A DNA stretch of 64,000 bases. Source: an uncultured Alphaproteobacteria bacterium (GTDB lineage Bacteria > Pseudomonadota > Alphaproteobacteria > Rhizobiales > Rhodomicrobiaceae). The notes under the pieces were generated by a model. That model had not been told where the DNA came from, ran no database searches, and saw nothing but the letters and a program-made list of their open reading frames with translations. How positions within the stretch are numbered: position 1 is the first letter of the stretch; each line of letters opens with the position of its first letter. Shown here piece after piece: positions 61,005 through 64,000 of the stretch. Location of the stretch: NCBI GenBank assembly GCA_963721975.1, contig CAVRLF010000004.1, positions 3,033 to 67,032 of the forward strand. Direction: 5' to 3'. The position numbers were made by a program, and so were the translations under genes.

Positions 61005-62752
61005 TGTCGAACCGCGTCGTAGTCGACCCCATCACCCGCATCGAGGGGCATCTGCGCATCGAGGCCGAGACCGACGACTCCGGTCGTATCAAAGCTGCGT
61101 ATAGCTCGGGCACCATGGTGCGCGGCCTCGAACTGATCCTCAAGGGCCGAGACCCGCGAGACGCCTGGGTCTTCGCCCAGCGCATCTGCGGCGTCTGCAC
61201 GCTGGTCCACGGCCTCGCCTCGGTCCGCGCGGTGGAGAATGCGCTGAACTACACCATCCCCGCCAATGCTGAGCTCATCCGCAATCTCATGACCGGCGCC
61301 CAATATGTGCATGATCACGTGATGCACTTCTATCACCTGCATGCGCTTGACTGGGTGGACGTAATTTCCGCGCTCAAGGCCGATCCCAAGGAAACCTCGG
61401 ACCTTGCGCAATCGATCTCGGCTTACGCCAAATCGAGCCCCGGCTATTTCGCGGATGCGAAGAAGAAGCTCAAGAGCTTCGTGGATGCGGGCCAGCTTGG
61501 CATTTTCGCGGGCGGCTATTGGGGGCACCCGGGCTACAAGCTGCCGCCGGAGGCCAATCTGATCGCGGTGGCGCACTATCTGGATGCGCTGTCCTGGCAG
61601 CGGGAGGTGGCGAAGCTGCACGCCATTTTCGGCGGCAAGAATCCGCATCCGAACTTGCTCGTGGGCGGCATGCCGACCCCCATCAGCATCGATCCAGGTG
61701 GGGAGAGCGGCGGAGCGGCGTCGACAGCGCTCAACATCGCGGGCTTGCAGGAGGTGCGCGCTATCATCCAGTCGATGCAAGCCTTCGTTGACCAGGTTTA
61801 TCTGCCCGACACGCTCGCAATCGCCAGCTCCTACAAGGACTGGTTCAAGCGAGGGGAGGGTGTGGGAAATTTCCTGTGCTTCGGCGACATGCCGACGCGG
61901 GGCAGCGATGGCAAGCTGAGCTCGTTCTTCCCAGCCGGGGCGATCCTGAACCGCGATCTCAGCAAGATCGAGCCCATCGACCTGAACGACCCGCAGCAGA
62001 TTCAGGAATTCGCCGCGCATTCCTGGTACGCCTATGCGGGCGGCAAGACCACCGGCCTGCACCCTTACGACGGCGAGACCTCGTTCGACTTTACCGGCCC
62101 GCAGCCGCCCTTCGAGCAGCTTAATGTCGCGGAGAGCTATTCCTGGCTGAAAGCGCCCCGCTGGCGCGGCAAGGTCATGGAGGTCGGCCCGCTGGCGCGC
62201 ATGCTCATGCTTTACGCCACCGGCCACGAGCCAACCAAAGCGCTCACCGCCTCGGTGCTCGAACAACTGGATCTGCCGCTGAAGGCGATGTTCTCCACGA
62301 TGGGGCGCACGGCGGCTCGCACCATCGAGACCAAGATCGTGGCAGACCAGATGCAACATTGGCTCGACGCGCTTACGGCCAACATCAAGGCTGGCGATCT
62401 CGCCGTACACAACCCGGCGCTTTGGGAGCCGTCGACCTGGCCCAGACAGGCGAAAGGCGTGGCCTTCATGGAGGCGCCGCGCGGGGCGCTCGCCCACTGG
62501 ATCGTGATCGAGGACGGGACAATCGCGAACTATCAGGCCGTCGTGCCCAGCACATGGAACGCCGGGCCGCGCGATGCGGCGGGCCAGCCCGGCCCCTATG
62601 AGGCTGCCCTGATGGACCGCCATGCCTTGCACGATCCGAAACAGCCGCTCGAAATCCAGCGCACCATCCACAGCTTCGATCCGTGCATCGCCTGCGCCGT
62701 GCATGTGCTCGATCCAAACGGTGAGGGTTTATCAAGCATCGAAGTGACTTGA
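61004..62752 (+). CDS. hynL: [NiFe]-hydrogenase large subunit
   Basis: DPITRIEGH, L1 RICGVCTLVH, L2 FDPCIACAVH, plus a cleavable C-terminal extension. Confidence 0.95.
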   Translation: MSNRVVVDPITRIEGHLRIEAETDDSGRIKAAYSSGTMVRGLELILKGRDPRDAWVFAQRICGVCTLVHGLASVRAVENALNYTIPANAELIRNLMTGAQYVHDHVMHFYHLHALDWVDVISALKADPKETSDLAQSISAYAKSSPGYFADAKKKLKSFVDAGQLGIFAGGYWGHPGYKLPPEANLIAVAHYLDALSWQREVAKLHAIFGGKNPHPNLLVGGMPTPISIDPGGESGGAASTALNIAGLQEVRAIIQSMQAFVDQVYLPDTLAIASSYKDWFKRGEGVGNFLCFGDMPTRGSDGKLSSFFPAGAILNRDLSKIEPIDLNDPQQIQEFAAHSWYAYAGGKTTGLHPYDGETSFDFTGPQPPFEQLNVAESYSWLKAPRWRGKVMEVGPLARMLMLYATGHEPTKALTASVLEQLDLPLKAMFSTMGRTAARTIETKIVADQMQHWLDALTANIKAGDLAVHNPALWEPSTWPRQAKGVAFMEAPRGALAHWIVIEDGTIANYQAVVPSTWNAGPRDAAGQPGPYEAALMDRHALHDPKQPLEIQRTIHSFDPCIACAVHVLDPNGEGLSSIEVT

Positions 62753-63030
62753 CAACTCGGCAGCATCCGCGGACACAGCAATGCGCACATCGCTTCGGCT
62801 AAGCTCGACTTTGTAAATTTCAGACGGCGAGGCAAAGTGCGGTGAGCCGTTGCAAGACAGCGGCTAGAATTTCTACGCTATCGCGACTTCGGACATCCGC
62901 AAAAACAAGGGAATCGGTTCGCCCTTACCGGCGCCGCGGCGTTGAGGCTGAGGCGTGTTGGATCCGTGACGGCGGCTTTGCGCGGCCTCCGCTCGGGCAA
63001 GCGATGCGACAGCAGTCAGCGCCCTGCCAG

Positions 63031-63064
63031 GGTTAAAAAAGGGCTGAGATTGGTTTTGTTTCGT
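63031..63064 (-). repeat. Truncated copy of the dispersed AT-rich repeat core, ending at the intron 5' splice site
   Basis: GGTTAA..GAGATTGGTTTTGTTTCGT matches 9519-9552. Confidence 0.75.
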
Positions 63065-63253
63065 GTGCGCCGGGCGACCGGGAAGGAGTAGGTGGTCCAC
63101 TGCGATGAAGGATTAGCAACCCACATCGGCCCCGAGCCGTGCGGAGGTATCCGCGAGGATATCTGCGAAGCGTCGGCAGGGGATCGCATAGGCCAGCCAT
63201 TGAGCCGCGAAATCGGCCTTCTTCTGGGCGCCGACGTCGTTCTACTGACGGAG
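63065..63253 (+). ncRNA. Group II intron, 5' part of domain I (interrupted by IS21)
   Basis: Starts GTGCG. Contains CCACATCGGCCCCGAGCCGTGCG..GAAGCGTCGGCAGGGG..AGGCCAGCCATTGAGCCGCGAAA, which I recall as typical of one bacterial group II intron class. No RT gene or domain V in the window. Confidence 0.7.

Positions 63254-64000
<747 letters not shown>

Overview
GC-rich alphaproteobacterial chromosome segment. The gene order (tlpA/argH-lipoprotein-lysA; pheA-kdsB/cytochrome c-yej; ubiA/rsmE-gshA) suggests Hyphomicrobiales, possibly Rhodomicrobium-like (inference). The core carries purU, tex, a DUF374-WaaA fusion, cysQ, ubiA, rsmE, gshA, lysA, argH, tlpA, mepA, cobD, an acyl-CoA dehydrogenase, pheA, kdsB, two cytochromes c and a yejAABEF-type ABC operon. 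Near the right end is an Isp-type (group 1e-like) [NiFe]-hydrogenase operon behind a perfect FNR box. Mobile DNA sits at both ends. On the left are a frameshifted IS21 inside a REP-like hairpin and an IS110 with an amber-interrupted recombinase, a reconstructable palindromic target and a candidate bridge RNA. On the right, the 5' part of a group II intron is inserted into a copy of an unexplained dispersed AT-rich repeat and is itself interrupted by another IS21. AT-richer orphan islets include tandem ~70-aa paralogues, HTH-like orphans, a pentapeptide-FGE gene, a Macro-like/NDT-like candidate defence gene and phage-like small ORFs. Three otherwise intact genes carry single +1 frameshifts that may be sequencing errors. 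All calls come from motif recognition by eye; no database search or folding program was run.
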